The notes under the pieces: model-generated
Seen by the model: the letters and a program-made list of their open reading frames with translations, nothing else
The model's database searches: none
Told to the model about the DNA's origin: nothing
Program-made: the position numbers and the translations under genes
Assembly: GCA_951406725.2 (NCBI GenBank)
Contig: OX597826.1
Location: forward strand, 55,676,001-55,740,000
Reading direction: 5' to 3'
DNA: 64,000 nt
Origin: Octopus vulgaris
Taxonomy: Eukaryota
In this document: positions 37,861 to 51,433 of the stretch, piece after piece
How the letters are laid out: the number at the start of each line of letters is the position of its first letter
Numbering within the stretch: position 1 is the stretch's first letter

Positions 37861-40325
37861 ACATAAAAGTACAGAGACCCTGTAAATCTTAAGACAGTAC
37901 ACATCTAATATCTACCAAAAAGAAATATTACGCATTTCTCAACCGGTTTGACATCTAACGAGACTGTATTTCCAGAAGAGAAATTAGCATAGAATAACTA
38001 AGAATCAAGGGTCGATTAAAATAGTAGTTATTAATGTTATCTGTCACATTTCTAACTAATAAGACCTACTAATTACTCTTGTTGGTTAAGATTACACAAG
38101 TGCAAATCAATAATCATCGCAGCAACAAAATTTTCCCATAAAATTGGATTAGATTTTCAACTGTCAAAACGAGGAATCTTACGTATCTACAAGACTATAA
38201 ACACTGAAATCAAATATAATAAGCGCTGATATAAATGTTGGCTTGTTGATTGATTTCTCTAGTTACGCTTTAAATCGTATTAAGAGAGGAAGAGAGAAGG
38301 AAAGCAAAATGGAGATACATAGAATGAGTTAACAATATGTTGCAGGTTGTTAGCACATACCAGGCTTAGTTGCAGGCAATGAGTAAAGAAATGCTACACA
38401 CGCAGTGTGAGAGGGGAAAAAGAGTCATAGCGACAAAGTAAAGGAGAAGTAAATGGTGTAGATGATAGTGTATCTATGAGAGAAGGTAATCAGATAGGAT
38501 ATTTGTTTTAATTTTATTTTAGGGTAATGAATATTTTTCTTTTAAAAGTCAGCGTTCATTTTACCCTTTTCTTGAAGCAGCATGGAATTTTATAAAAGTT
38601 AAGTTATAATTATTTCATGTGTTCCATTTTCCCTGATATTATCCACCGTGGCAAAGGTAAACTTCTAAAGTTCCTCTTCATATGACGGATAACAATCAAG
38701 CAGTAACCATATCGAGCAACTATAAAAGTGTGTCATTGAATACTCAATGTTTCATATGTAATCTATAAATAACATAAAAACCGCCAAGGGCTTGAATGAA
38801 CAATTCTTGTGAGACACAAAATTGTGATCTTGACGGATTTAAGATTAGAATAATAATATATATCTTCTTTATTTTACTCAAAGGCGATGTTTCTGTGACA
38901 GTATAAAGAGAAATTACGAAAACTGTTCGGAAGAAACAGTTGCATAAAATACAACGGGCGAATATGGCCGTGAAAAGGAATAGCATTCAAAAATAAAGGC
39001 AACGCTACGATAGCGAGACAACCTTTTCGTATCAATAGCAAAGCTCCACTTATCGCACGACGCCTGTGTGGTGTGTGTATTTAAGGCAATACACCATATT
39101 ATATCTGTATCTACATATTACACCAATTGAAGATACAGCAATGTAGCACAGCTGTGCTGCATACCATTATCTACTCAATGTTAACTCATTCGATGAAGAT
39201 ATCTGTGACATTCATATTAATCTTCATATATCTTTAAAAATGGCAACATAAAATACTATGGAACATTTGTATGCAAAACAGTCCCACCACATAAGTTATT
39301 GCAAATTTAGCTTCATTTTTCATAACAAAAATGATGATGAAGTTCTCGTTGTCATCATAGCAATACCAATGTAATTCTTTCAACTATAAGCACATGACCT
39401 GAGATTTTGTAGGAAGGTGATAGTCAAATACTTCGACTACAATACTTATTTCATTAGTAGCATTTGAACTCAGAACGCCAGGACCCGGAAGAAATGCTAC
39501 TTAACATTTTATCTGGTATTCTAACGCTTCTACTTTATAAGTAATAATAAAGGCTTAGGTACGAGGGCAGTAATTTTATAAGGAGACACAATGTGGATAC
39601 TACCGACCCTGCACTTCTCTAGAAGTATAAAACCCAAAGTTATTCTTAGCGGGATTAAGTTTGCAATGATAGCATCGTTTCTATATTTTGTACAAAGTCG
39701 ATGATTGAGTGACACTATGAAGAGGAATTACTAAAATAATTCGGAAATGATAGCTCCATGGAATGGAATGTGTGAATACAAATGCGAAAAGATAATATAT
39801 CATACAAAAAAATTAAAAGGCAACGTCCCAACAGAGAAACATTTTCGAGCCAAGCAAAGGAGCTTCACTTGTCCTGTAATGAAATTTATAATAATTTCTA
39901 AAATAACAATAAGGTTATGATGTGAGAAAGAAATATGCGTTGTCAATGTAATCGATTCCTTAGTGGAAATGTACGAGAGTGTTTGCTAGATGTGGTTGGA
40001 GATGATTTAATCGTCAAAAATGTCGGAGTCGGAAGACAATGAATATAGAGAAACAAATGTCATAACAATGTCTCTGAGGACAGAAGAAGGAATATCGGTT
40101 TAACCTATTCCGGTTTTATTTGGGACAAGTCTTTAGAGGCCGAATGACTCCTTTTCTATGTTCATAGAAAGAGATTATATGCATAGTACTTATCATTACT
40201 AACTTCACAAAAGCGAAAAGTCCGATTTGCATAAATAGCGCCTTGTCAGCATTTAAGTTAATTAGCTCCTGATGCACTAAATATAAATATGTTACGATGA
40301 AGCATGTACTCTCCAGTACGAAAAT

Positions 40326-40487
40326 TGTGTGTTTACATCCCCGTTAATCAGCGGTTCGGCAAAAAGAGACTGATAGAATAAGTACTGAGCTTCAAAATAA
40401 AAAGCAAGTCCTGGGGACGATTTGTTCGACTAAACAGATTCAAGGCGGTGCCCTAGCATGGCCATAGTCTAATGTTTGAAACAAATA
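40326..40487 (+). mobile_element. 3' part of SINE group B
   Basis: GTGTGTTTACATCCCCG..AGCGGTTCGGCAAAAAGAGAC..TTTGTTCGACTAAA..AAGGCGGTGCCCTAGCATGGCC. Confidence 0.8.
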
Positions 40488-40583
40488 ATATATATATATT
40501 TATATATATATATATATACATACATACATACATACATACATACATACATACATACATACATACAAACATACATACATACATAC

Positions 40584-41162
40584 AGCACAAATATCAGTAA
40601 CAACAATGCCAACACAGGGACACGCGCTAAAATTTATGTCGGATCATGTGAATCCAAATTTAAAATTCGTCTGAACAGCTACAGATCTTCTTTCAATGTC
40701 CCAGAGAGACGCAAAATAACGACACTCGCAGCATACGTATGGCGCCTAAAGGACGATTATACGCCTTTTAACATCAAGTAGAAATTACTAGAAACTTGTG
40801 GATCCTATTGCAATGGAACAAAACTATGTAAATTGTGCTTGGCAGAAAAATATATAGTCCTTATGAACTCACATGAGCCAGGAGTGTACCTGAACTCCAG
40901 GACAGAAGCCGTGGGAGGTTGCCCACATTTTCGGAAATTTTTACTTCAAAATTGGAAAAATTAGTTACGAAGCGAAGGATGACAACTCGCCCGGCCATAA
41001 TTTCTTAAGAGGAATATTTCTTCAACTATCTCCGGCGTTCTTGTGTTTAAAAAAAAAAAACATTCTTTGCAGAGAACAGTTATCGTTTAGAGAAACTGAA
41101 AATACGTCTAGTTCACGCTAGATATGAAATCAATGGTATTTCTCTGAAACTGTTACTTTGCA
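40584..41162 (+). mobile_element. 5'-truncated Penelope-like element: GIY-YIG endonuclease C-terminus (to stop at 40964) plus 3' UTR
   Basis: KIYVGSCESKFKIRLNSYRSSF..TTLAAYVWRLK..FNIK*KLLETCGSYCNGTKLCKLCLAEKYIV..YLNSRTEAVGGCPHFRKFLLQNWKN*. One TAG (40779-40781) at an expected Trp. Flanked by (ACAT)n. Confidence 0.85.
41068..41162 (+). ncRNA. Extended type I hammerhead ribozyme with a G8A core change
   Basis: Stem I UUUAGAGAAA/UUUCUCUGAA, extended by AACAGU/ACUGUU and UGCAGAG/CUUUGCA. Core CUGAAAA (41096-41102); stem II GUCUAG-UUCACG-CUAGAU; GAAA; stem III UC-AAU-GG; triplet GUA (41136-41138). Confidence 0.75.
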
Positions 41163-41194
41163 CATACATACATAATACATACATACACATAGTC

Positions 41195-41255
<61 letters not shown>

Positions 41256-42144
41256 TGAATAAAATAGAGTCAACAGAAGGAGTACGGTTGAATAGTTATT
41301 TATTAATCACTACACATGTTTCCATACAGCACAGTACTTCATATATATATAAGAATTTGATTATGCAGCGATTTACCTGTATAATGGGACCCAGTTGTTG
41401 TTTCTGCATGTGATATTCAATTGCTGTCCCCGTTAGTTAAAAAAAACCCTTCCACTTTGATGCTAACCCAGCCATCGGCCTTGTTTGAATTTATATATAT
41501 GGGGCACCATACACACTTATTAACCGACTCATTTCAGCAAATTACTGGAAAACTACGTTTGGCCTGAAGATCCTTCAGAAGTGCGAAATATGTCTATGCT
41601 TTTCTTCCCGTACGTGCCAAGAAATGGAGAAAAAAAAAATGAATGAAAAAATAATGAAATTAGTCATCGACTAATATTGTGTTCTGTTATCGCATATTTG
41701 ATCATACGCTAGCTTTCTTATGTTCCAAACACTAGATATTATTTCACCCACACCGCACCCACTCGCTACCTTTACCACACCTCTATCAACTCCCTCTCCA
41801 TCTACTCTAAACATTGACTTTCTGCTTTATCAAAAGAAATCAATATTTCCAGCCATCAATTGGATATTAGCATACGTCTCAAAGTTATGATTTTCTGTAT
41901 AAACTATTCGGTTTCTTTGTTGATGTTGTTGATGACTATGATTCTGATGATTATGATGATGATGATGGCGTTTTTGCTTTATATCTTTTTGCTGTTGTTT
42001 TTGATGTTGTTTTTGTGGTGGTTTTTAGCCTCAGGCCAGCTCTATTTCAGTAGAACTAAGATCAAAAGCTTCGAAGCCGCGATCATCATCCAGTTTTTAT
42101 TTAAGGTAGTTTGTATCTTAGGACTACAATATTCATAAAGGCAT

Positions 42145-42550
42145 TATAAGATGTATCTCGGGCTACATGTTTCCCCTAGGGCCACATGTTCCTTCTAAGG
42201 TTACATGCTAACCGCTAATAATTATAAGGTCCTGGGCTAGATATTAAACTGTAGCCGGTAGAGGGGTTTCAATTAGGGCAACGGGGCATTCAGAGAGCAA
42301 CCCCTTTGTCATCACCACTTCCTGTTTCGCTCTGATTTGGGGTGGTAGTACGAGTCAAAGGCCCTAAATTTAGGCTAAATAGTAGAAAGCCTCGGTGGAA
42401 GGCTGAAATTTTGACATATGTCGTATAGATATGCTAGTGAGTTGGGTTACATAGACCCTGTGCCGGGAGCGTTAGCTCGACATAACGGGAGACTAGCAGA
42501 AAAAAAAAACTGTAAAGGAGCCCGTGGAAAGCAACGGGCAACCACTACTG
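42145..42550 (+). mobile_element. Possible non-autonomous Helitron-like element
   Basis: GC-richer block with short CTACATGT repeats, ending in the hairpin CCCGT(G)..(A)ACGGG followed by CAACCACTAC-T, like a decayed hairpin+CTAG terminus. Confidence 0.35.
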
Positions 42551-42761
42551 TGTCTTTCCAAGAAAAATTCTGAAACTTCGGGCTTTGATGTAAAGGTCCA
42601 TGACAGCTTATGTCTGTAAAACCGGCATAGAAATAGAGAGAAGGGATGATAAGATAGAGAGAGAGAGAGAGAGAAAGAGAAAGAGAGAGAGAGAGATTCA
42701 TGCATGGATGGATAGATAGATAGAGAGAGACAGATAGACAGACAGACAGACAGATAAGCAT

Positions 42762-42798
<37 letters not shown>

Positions 42799-42803
42799 TA
42801 GAC

Positions 42804-42858
<55 letters not shown>

Positions 42859-42972
42859 CAGACAGATAGACACATACATATATGCATACACACGTATGCG
42901 CATACGTACATATATACACATACATACATATATATATATTCATACATACATTGATAGACATAAAGATCGAAA

Positions 42973-43047
<75 letters not shown>

Positions 43048-43199
43048 TATAGATGCATGGATGGATTGACAGATAGGTAGATAGATAGATAGATTATATG
43101 AGAACAATTTGGCTGCTATTTCTTGCAAGACATGCGACTGCATAAAGTCTAATTATTTGGTTTTTATACCATTGATGTTATCGCTATCATTGTGGGTCT

Positions 43200-43410
43200 G
43201 AAGGCGGTGTATTTGTTGAGTCTTTAGAGCGTCAGACTTGCGTCTTGCCGTATTTCGTCTATCTCCTTACGTTCTGAGTTCAAATGCTGCCGAAATCAAA
43301 TTTGCTTTAAAGCTTTCAGAAAAGAAATATTTCCCCCAGTCAAGTAATGTTGTCAACGATGTCAATTAATACTCACCCATAAAAATTCCTGACATTTATA
43401 CTTAAATGAG
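43200..43410 (+). mobile_element. Degenerate SINE group C
   Basis: GTATTTCGTCT..TTACGTTCTGAGTTCAAATGCTGCCGA. Confidence 0.65.
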
Positions 43411-43702
43411 AAACAATTCTTTAGGCAAAGCAAAGACTATCGGAACTGCACTTTCCTCGACACAAAATCTTCAAGATGTCCCTAACTACGATAACAGACA
43501 ATACACCTTGAATCTACATGGGCCTTTGACAGGTATTTAGGTTACTTTCTGATTATATTTCGTTTATGAATTTGTTTTGCAAGGTGAAATCGTGGGTTGA
43601 AACAGACAGATATCATTATATTTCGGAATGGTAATTTTCTTTTTCTTTTCAAATAACCACATGTACTATATATTCGTTCTTCACTCGTCTATTATTGTTC
43701 TT

Positions 43703-44043
43703 GTGAAGGTGCATGGCTCAGTGGTTAGAGCGTCGAGCTTACGATCGTGAGTTTGTGAGTTCGAATCCCGGACCAGGTTGCGCGTTGTGTTCTTGAAGAA
43801 GACACTTTATTTCACGTTGCTCCAGTTCACTCAGATGTAGAAATGCGTTGCAACCTCACAGGTGCCAAGCTGTATCCGCCTTTGCCTTTCCCTTGGATAA
43901 CACGAGTGGCTTGGAGAGGGGAGGCCGGTATACATGGGCGACTGCTGGTCTTCCATAAACAACCTTGCCCGGACTTGTGCTTGGGAGGATAACTTTCTAG
44001 GTCCAATTCCATAGTCAGTCATGACCAAAGGGGGTCTCAGTAG
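43703..44043 (+). mobile_element. SINE group A (tail type 2) with ~13-bp TSD
   Basis: Head TGGCTCAGTGGTTAGAGCG..GAGTTCGAATCCCGG and shared core to ~43835, then a different tail. TATTATTGTT(C/T)TT at 43690 and 44044. Confidence 0.9.
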
Positions 44044-44237
44044 TATTATTGTTTTTTTTATTATTTTATTTTATGTTCATTATCAGGAAATCTCTCGTCA
44101 CACATCTGTGACAGACTAAACAGAATATTTGGAGTTACGTGGAGTTGAAGAGTCGCTGAAGCGGTCACAGATGTGTGACGAAATATTTGGCAAGTAAAAA
44201 AAATAAACATCCTGAAATATAACAATAGGATTATAGT

Positions 44238-44658
44238 GGCTTCAAATTTTGTCACAAGGCCAAAAACTTCGGGAGAAGAGGTAAGTCAATTAAATTGACC
44301 CCAGAGGTCAACCGCTACTTACTATATTGGCCGCCGAAAGATAAAAGGCCACGTCGACCTCAGAAGGTAAAGATGGACGAAATGCCGTTTAGCATTTTCT
44401 CCGGCTTGCTAACGGTTCTGAGAGCTCACCATCTTTGGATACTTTATAATTCTATTGGTTTAAAATTTTGGCACAAGGCCAGCAATTTCATGAGAGGGAG
44501 AGAGTAGGTCGATTACATCGAACCCAGTGTCCATCTGGTACTTATTTTATCGACCCAGAAAGGGTGAATGTCAAAGTCTACCTCGGTGGAATTTGAACTC
44601 AGAACGTAAAGATGGACGAAATGCCGTTAAGCATTTTATCTGGCATGCTCGCCGCTTT
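44238..44658 (-). mobile_element. Two tandem SINE group C copies
   Basis: 44238-44432 and 44457-44658, both followed by TTGG.TACTTTATAATT. Confidence 0.8.
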
Positions 44659-44906
44659 TGGCTACTTTATAATTATATTACCATATCTTCCATTTCTTCT
44701 GACAGAGACCGGTTGATTTTAATTTAAAGGAAAATTTACTTGCTATTTCTAACAGTTACAGCAGCTGCAAACAGCGCTCTTTGGGTTTTATATATTTATT
44801 TTTTTTGTCTTCATTTAAGTGTTGAATATTCGCTCTCTTCCGTTTGCCACTAGAAAGACGCAAACATCTGAAATCTACTTACGCAAAATATAGCAAAATG
44901 ATGATG

Positions 44907-44976
<70 letters not shown>

Positions 44977-44979
44977 TAA

Positions 44980-46192
44980 TAAGAAAAATACTGACAGGAT
45001 CTAGGATGCATCACCCAAAATCTGACATAGAAAGATTAGAAGGTGGTAGAGGCCTTATACAGCTGGAAAACTACTATAAAATAACCACCATAGGACTGCA
45101 AAAATACCTACTTCAGAAGGAAGGAAAACTGATCCAGATAGCAGCAAAAAACGAGCAAAACAAAAAACTGTTCTCAGTATTTAAGGAAGCTGACAAATAC
45201 AAACAAGAAATCATACCACCTAATAAACACAAAGAAGAAGAAGAAGATGATGAAGAAACAACAAAAGCTATAAAACAAATGAAATCCAAACTAAAAATAG
45301 AACAGCAACGAGCCATGATAAAACGATGGCAAGAAAAACCCCTTCATGGTAAATACTGCACTAAACTAAACGCAAAAGAAATAGACAAAGAAAAATCCCA
45401 GCAATGGTTGAGAAGCTCAGGACTCAAAGCAGAAACAGAGGGATTTTTAATTGCAGCACAAGACCAAAGCCTCCCCACCAGAAATTACCAAAAACATGTA
45501 ATGAAAAGAAATATTACAAGTAACTGCAGAATATGTGGAGATGGACAAGAAACAATAAATCATATTATCTCTAGCTGCCCAGTCCTGGCTAAGAAGGAAT
45601 ATATTCACAGACATGACAGAGTTGGAACCTACATACATTGGAAGCTATGCCAACATTATGGAATAACAACAGAAAAAAGATGGTATAGGCACACACCAGA
45701 AAAGGTCACAGAAAACGAGAAAGCAACCATACTCTGGGATATGCCGATACACACAGATAGAGAAATTAAGGCCAACAGACCAGATATAGTTGTCAGAGAT
45801 CATGAAGAAAAAAATGCTTTCTAATTGATGTATCAATACCGGCAGATGACAACGTGTCTCTAAAAGAAATGGAGAAACTCTCAAAATACAAAGACCTGGA
45901 AATAGAGGTAACTCGAATGTGGAACCTGAAAACAGAAACAATTCCTATCATAGTAGGTGCATTAGGCATGATAAAAAAATATTCAGACAAATACATAACA
46001 AAAACACCAGGACTTACAAACACATATAACATACAGAAAATTGCACTACTAGGCACTGCACACATCCTACGCAGAACACTTTCCATACAATAACCATCAG
46101 AGCATCACAACAAATCACAGCACATACCCAAGGCACACAGAGCTGCGGTCGGTAGTGAAGTGAAAGCACGCTATAAAAATAAAACTACTGAA
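44980..46192 (+). mobile_element. 5'-truncated R4/Dong-like non-LTR retrotransposon (post-RT region, CCHC knuckle, restriction-like endonuclease, 3' UTR)
   Basis: HHPKSDIERL-EGGRGL, WQEKPLHGKY, ETEGFLIAAQDQ, CRICG..ETINHIISSC, YIHRHD, NRPDIVV..LIDV..EK..KY. One -1 frameshift in the A-run at ~45808-45814; stop at 46091-46093. (AAT)n on both sides. Confidence 0.92.
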
Positions 46193-46539
46193 TGATAATA
46201 ATAATCATGACCTCGCTATTATTTTACCCAAGTCGAATATAAATAACGACAATGATTGTTTAATGATATCCACGATAGCAATCAGATGCATAAGTTAGCT
46301 TTATAAAATTCAGGACCAGAATAATTCATTAAGTCTGTCTTAGTTTAATATTTCTTCCCCCGCTTCTTTCAAGGCGCCGATAAAAATATATTTCTCTGTT
46401 TATTTGTCTATCAGATAGAATATCATTCCGACACACCAGTGCAATGTAATCCTGGCTCCTTGAAATAAGACAAATAAAAACGGTATATATAAATATACAT
46501 ACATGTAAATATACATATTTGCATGTATATCTTTATCTA

Positions 46540-46540
46540 A

Positions 46541-46614
<74 letters not shown>

Positions 46615-46642
46615 ATATATATATATATAGTATATATATATA

Positions 46643-46698
<56 letters not shown>

Positions 46699-46853
46699 AT
46701 ATATATATGGGTGTGTGTGATTGTGTATAGAAGAATATATTAATAAAAAGAATTCCAACCTTGTCTGATTTTCACGTTTTATTTACAATCTTATAATGAT
46801 ATATTATATTGAACTATATATATATATATGTATAGTGTTGATATATATATTTT

Positions 46854-46907
<54 letters not shown>

Positions 46908-47035
46908 GCATATACATATATATATATATATATATATGCGCATATTTTTGCATATATCTATATGTACATATAGAATGTATACATATGTATATACAAACAG
47001 ATAAGAACACACACTCACACATACATACATGCATG

Positions 47036-47081
<46 letters not shown>

Positions 47082-47133
47082 TATATATATATATATACAT
47101 GCATGTATATATATATATATATATATATATAAC

Positions 47134-47208
<75 letters not shown>

Positions 47209-47245
47209 TACATATACATGAGTGCATATATATATATATATATAA
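46540..47245. repeat. (TA)n-rich compound microsatellite region
   Basis: Directly visible. Similar blocks at 8990-9085, 28125-28238, 49425-50215, 52755-52895, 54685-55150 and 60115-60392. Confidence 0.95.
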
Positions 47246-47476
47246 AACTTCATATACAGACATAAAGCTACCTCCAGGGTATTGAACAGGTATAAAACCT
47301 CAACAAATGTCTATGTCTTATGTCTTTTGATAAAGATCTTACTTTATAATTAGAAGCGGATAAGGTAAGAAGTAAGAAGCAAAAACCAATGGCCGTTGCC
47401 TGTTTTGAAAACAATTTGAGGAATTAAATAAACCAACCGAATTACTATGCGACACTTTAACTGCAATAAGTGTACC

Positions 47477-47526
<50 letters not shown>

Positions 47527-47704
47527 CGTGGGTGTGATTGAGAGAGAGAGAGAGAGGGGTGGGTGGGGAGAAGGAGAAAGGTAGAGAGAGAGAGAAGGAG
47601 AGAAAGCATGGTTTTGAAAATTGTGTTCAGTTAAGCGTTTGCTTGAAACTATGCAGACACTTAAGATGGCAGATCCGACCGGACATTGCGCAAAGTAATA
47701 TAGG

Positions 47705-47736
47705 GCGACGACGACGACGATGACGACGATGGGGAC

Positions 47737-47794
<58 letters not shown>

Positions 47795-47806
47795 GTGGTG
47801 ATGATG

Positions 47807-47887
<81 letters not shown>

Positions 47888-48426
47888 GTGATGATGATGA
47901 TGATGATGATGATGTTGATGATGATGGTGATGATGATGATGGTGATGGTGATGGTGATGGTGATGATGATGATGGTGATGATGGTTATGGTGATGGTGAT
48001 GATGATGATGATGATGATGATCATGATGATGATCATGATGGTGATGATCATGATGGTGATGATCATGATCATAATCATGAACATGATCACGATGATTATA
48101 ATGATGACGACGGGGAAGGTGATGGTGGCGGTATTGGTGCTGGTAGTGCTGCTGCTGGTGGTGGTGGTGGTGACTGTTGTTGTTTGAGGTGGTTTCGAAA
48201 TGGTCGAAGTATAGGCGGTGGCTGCAGTGGAAGTTCGCTCTGTAGTTGATTGTGATGTAGTGTTAACGTCAGGTATTGATGGCGATAATGTTTTGCTTGT
48301 TGTTGGCGGTTGTAGGGGTTAATGGTGGTGGTTGTGGTGGTGGTGGTAGTGGTGGTGGTGGTGCTCATGATGAAAGCGGTGTCAGCAATGGAATTACTAT
48401 TAATATAACCATGGTTGTAGTAGTAT

Positions 48427-48458
<32 letters not shown>

Positions 48459-48869
48459 CTGGCGGTGGCGGTGGAGGTGGTAGTAGTAGTTGTAGCAGAG
48501 GTAGTTGTTGTGGTCGTGGTGATGTTCGTGGTGGTGGTATGTGGTAGTATTGGTATTTGGTAGTATTGGTATGTAGTACTGGTGGTAGTATTAGTAGTAG
48601 TTGTAGTAGTAGTAGTAGTAGTAGTAGTAGTAAGCGTTGTATTGAAAGGTGTTCTCGGTCTTAGTATGGGTGGTGGTGGAGGTTGTTGTAACTGGTGCTG
48701 ATGGTGGTTGGTTGGTGGTGCTAGTGGGTGTCGCTATCGGTGGTGGTGTTGGTAGCGGGCAGTAGACACGGCTGTAGTACTAGTGTTGTTATTGATTGAG
48801 TATAAAGCACTGGTGTTGGTAGTCGGTAGAAACGCTTGTACTGTTGGTATTAGTATCGACAAGGCCTGC

Positions 48870-48903
<34 letters not shown>

Positions 48904-48960
48904 TTGGTGGTGGTAGTAGTAGTAGTAGTGAAAGAGGTGTTGGCGATAGTGGTGGTGGTG
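47705..48960. repeat. Large compound trinucleotide low-complexity block (GAC/GAT/GGT/AGT)
   Basis: Directly visible; it generates the poly-M/I/V/S ORFs in the track. Confidence 0.9.
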
Positions 48961-49433
48961 GGCGGGGGGATGGGGGATGGGTGGAAACATAGTGTGAGCA
49001 AGCGAGCGAGCGAGCAAGCGAACGAGCGCGGGCGCGCGCGGATAGATTCGATAAAGAAAAGAATCGATATCTCGGAAGCCAATGACATTTCAACCCAAAT
49101 ATCAAAGGTATTACTGCTGATTGATTTATTGGTCAATGTTATTGCTTTTACTGTACTAATGGCAGCGTAAAGCTGTCCAAGAAAGATACGAAGATATGTT
49201 TAATTCAAACAGCTTTGTTCGCTATGTTTTGATCGTTGTAGAGTATAAAGGAAGTTATATAGAAGATGGCTGCACAGGAAACACATATGGCCGAACACTG
49301 CTTGCCTTATGAGTCAAGTTTCCTTTACATATGAATTCAGAGACAAAAACTCTAATGAGTTCGGAGATTTTTACCCGACTATATAATATTTTTGCCTATA
49401 TCATTTAGATAAAATAGCTTGTTTGCATATATG

Positions 49434-49474
<41 letters not shown>

Positions 49475-49483
<9 letters not shown>

Positions 49484-49581
49484 CATGTATATATATGTAT
49501 ATCTATATAAGTATATATGTATATTTATATAAGTATATATGTATGTATATATATGTGTGTATATGTGTGTATACATACATA

Positions 49582-49633
<52 letters not shown>

Positions 49634-49735
49634 CATACATGTATATATATGTATATCTATATAAGTATATATGTATATTTATATAAGTATATATGTATGT
49701 ATATATATGTGTGTATATGTGTGTATACATACATA

Positions 49736-49770
<35 letters not shown>
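49475..49770. repeat. ~155-bp local tandem duplication within TA-rich DNA
   Basis: ACATGTATATATATGTATATCTATATAAGTATATATGTATATTTATATAAG...ACATACATACATCATAT occurs at ~49483 and ~49637. A similar shorter duplication lies at ~32215-32375. Confidence 0.8.
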
Positions 49771-49775
<5 letters not shown>

Positions 49776-49782
49776 CTCGAAT

Positions 49783-49825
<43 letters not shown>

Positions 49826-50140
49826 CAGATTTATATAAATATATACTCACACACATATATATAAATAGGTGTGTATACATGTGCGTACATATGTACATAT
49901 GAATGATTGTATGCATGTATGTATGTATATACCTGTTTATATATGTGTGTGTGTGTGTCTGCTTTTATTTACATGCATGTGTATGTATATATACATAGTA
50001 TATATGAATATGCATTTGCATATATATATATATATATATATATAATATACATACACACATTCATGCATATCTACACATTCATACACATATACATACATAT
50101 GTACATATATATATACATACATATACATATACATACATAT

Positions 50141-50218
<78 letters not shown>

Positions 50219-50921
50219 GTCTTGCTTTTGCTTTTACATTTTTTCTTTCTTTCTGTCTCTCTATCAACGTAAACTATCCTTAATGACAAAATCTTTTGTA
50301 TTACGTACCAGGCAGCATTTCTAACTATTGAGCTGTTGTATAGTCTAATTTAAAGTATTGTATAGAAGAAACAGAGAAGAAGGGAAAAGGGGAAGTAGCT
50401 TGGCAGAGAGAGAGAGAGAGAGAGTGAGTGAGTGAGTGAGCGACAGAGAGAGAATAAGAGCGTGAAAGAGAGATCTTAGCAGACGGAAAGTAGTAAAGAA
50501 ATAAACGAGAGAGAGGGGGGGGAGAAAAATAGAGACAGAAAAAGGCGAGAGAGAGAGAGAGAGAGAGAGAGAGTGTGGTGGGGAGGCATAGGAAGGGAAA
50601 TAACTCTTTTGATGCTAAGGTACACTCTTTGGAAACGGTTGATGGTTAAAGATTCCCGATTGAAAACTAAGTACTCTGTTGGTTTGAATTTTATGAATGG
50701 ACCGGCAAATTGGTTTTCATTTGAAGCTCATATAACAAGGAATATTCAACAAGTCAACACACAGAGAAAATAATATGTAAATGTGTGTGTATATGTGCAT
50801 ATGCGTGTTTGTGTGTATGTAAGCATTTCTGATTGCGTTTGTGCATTTGCGAACACGAATCCATGTGTAAAGAATGGAAGTACTGTTGGTTCTGACTAAA
50901 GAATAGATAGATAGGTAGATA

Positions 50922-50999
<78 letters not shown>

Positions 51000-51014
51000 T
51001 ATATATATATATAT

Positions 51015-51051
<37 letters not shown>

Positions 51052-51187
51052 CAGAGAGATAGACTGACAGACAGATAGACAGACAGACAGATAGACAGAA
51101 AGACAAACAGTCAGACCAATAGACCAGACTGATTCTCGCTCTCTTTCTCTCTGTCTCTCTATCTCATAAATATATATGTGTGTGTGT

Positions 51188-51433
51188 GTGGAGGTGCGTG
51201 GCTTAGTGGTTAGGGTGTCAGTATAATGATCGTAAGATGGTGGTTTCGATTCCTAGACCGGGCGATGCGTTGTGTTCTTCCGCAAAACACTTCATTTCAC
51301 GTTGCACCAGTCCACTCAGCGGGCAAAAATGAATAACGCTGCGATGTACTGGCGTCCCGTCCATCTGGGGAACACATACGCGATAGAAACCGGGAAACCG
51401 GGCCCATGAGCCTGTTTAGGGTTTAAAAGGGCT

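Noticed and set aside
40779-40781. Recoded (selenocysteine) stop in the PLE endonuclease
   Set aside because: The codon is TAG at an expected Trp position, not TGA at a Cys, so it is best explained as a TGG>TAG mutation.
44844-45824. 326-aa ORF as a host gene
   Set aside because: The N-terminus is poly-Ile from (AAT)n and the rest is a truncated retrotransposon ORF.
47720-48187. Poly-Met or poly-Asp protein
   Set aside because: It is a (GAT)n expansion with no unique coding sequence or splice context.
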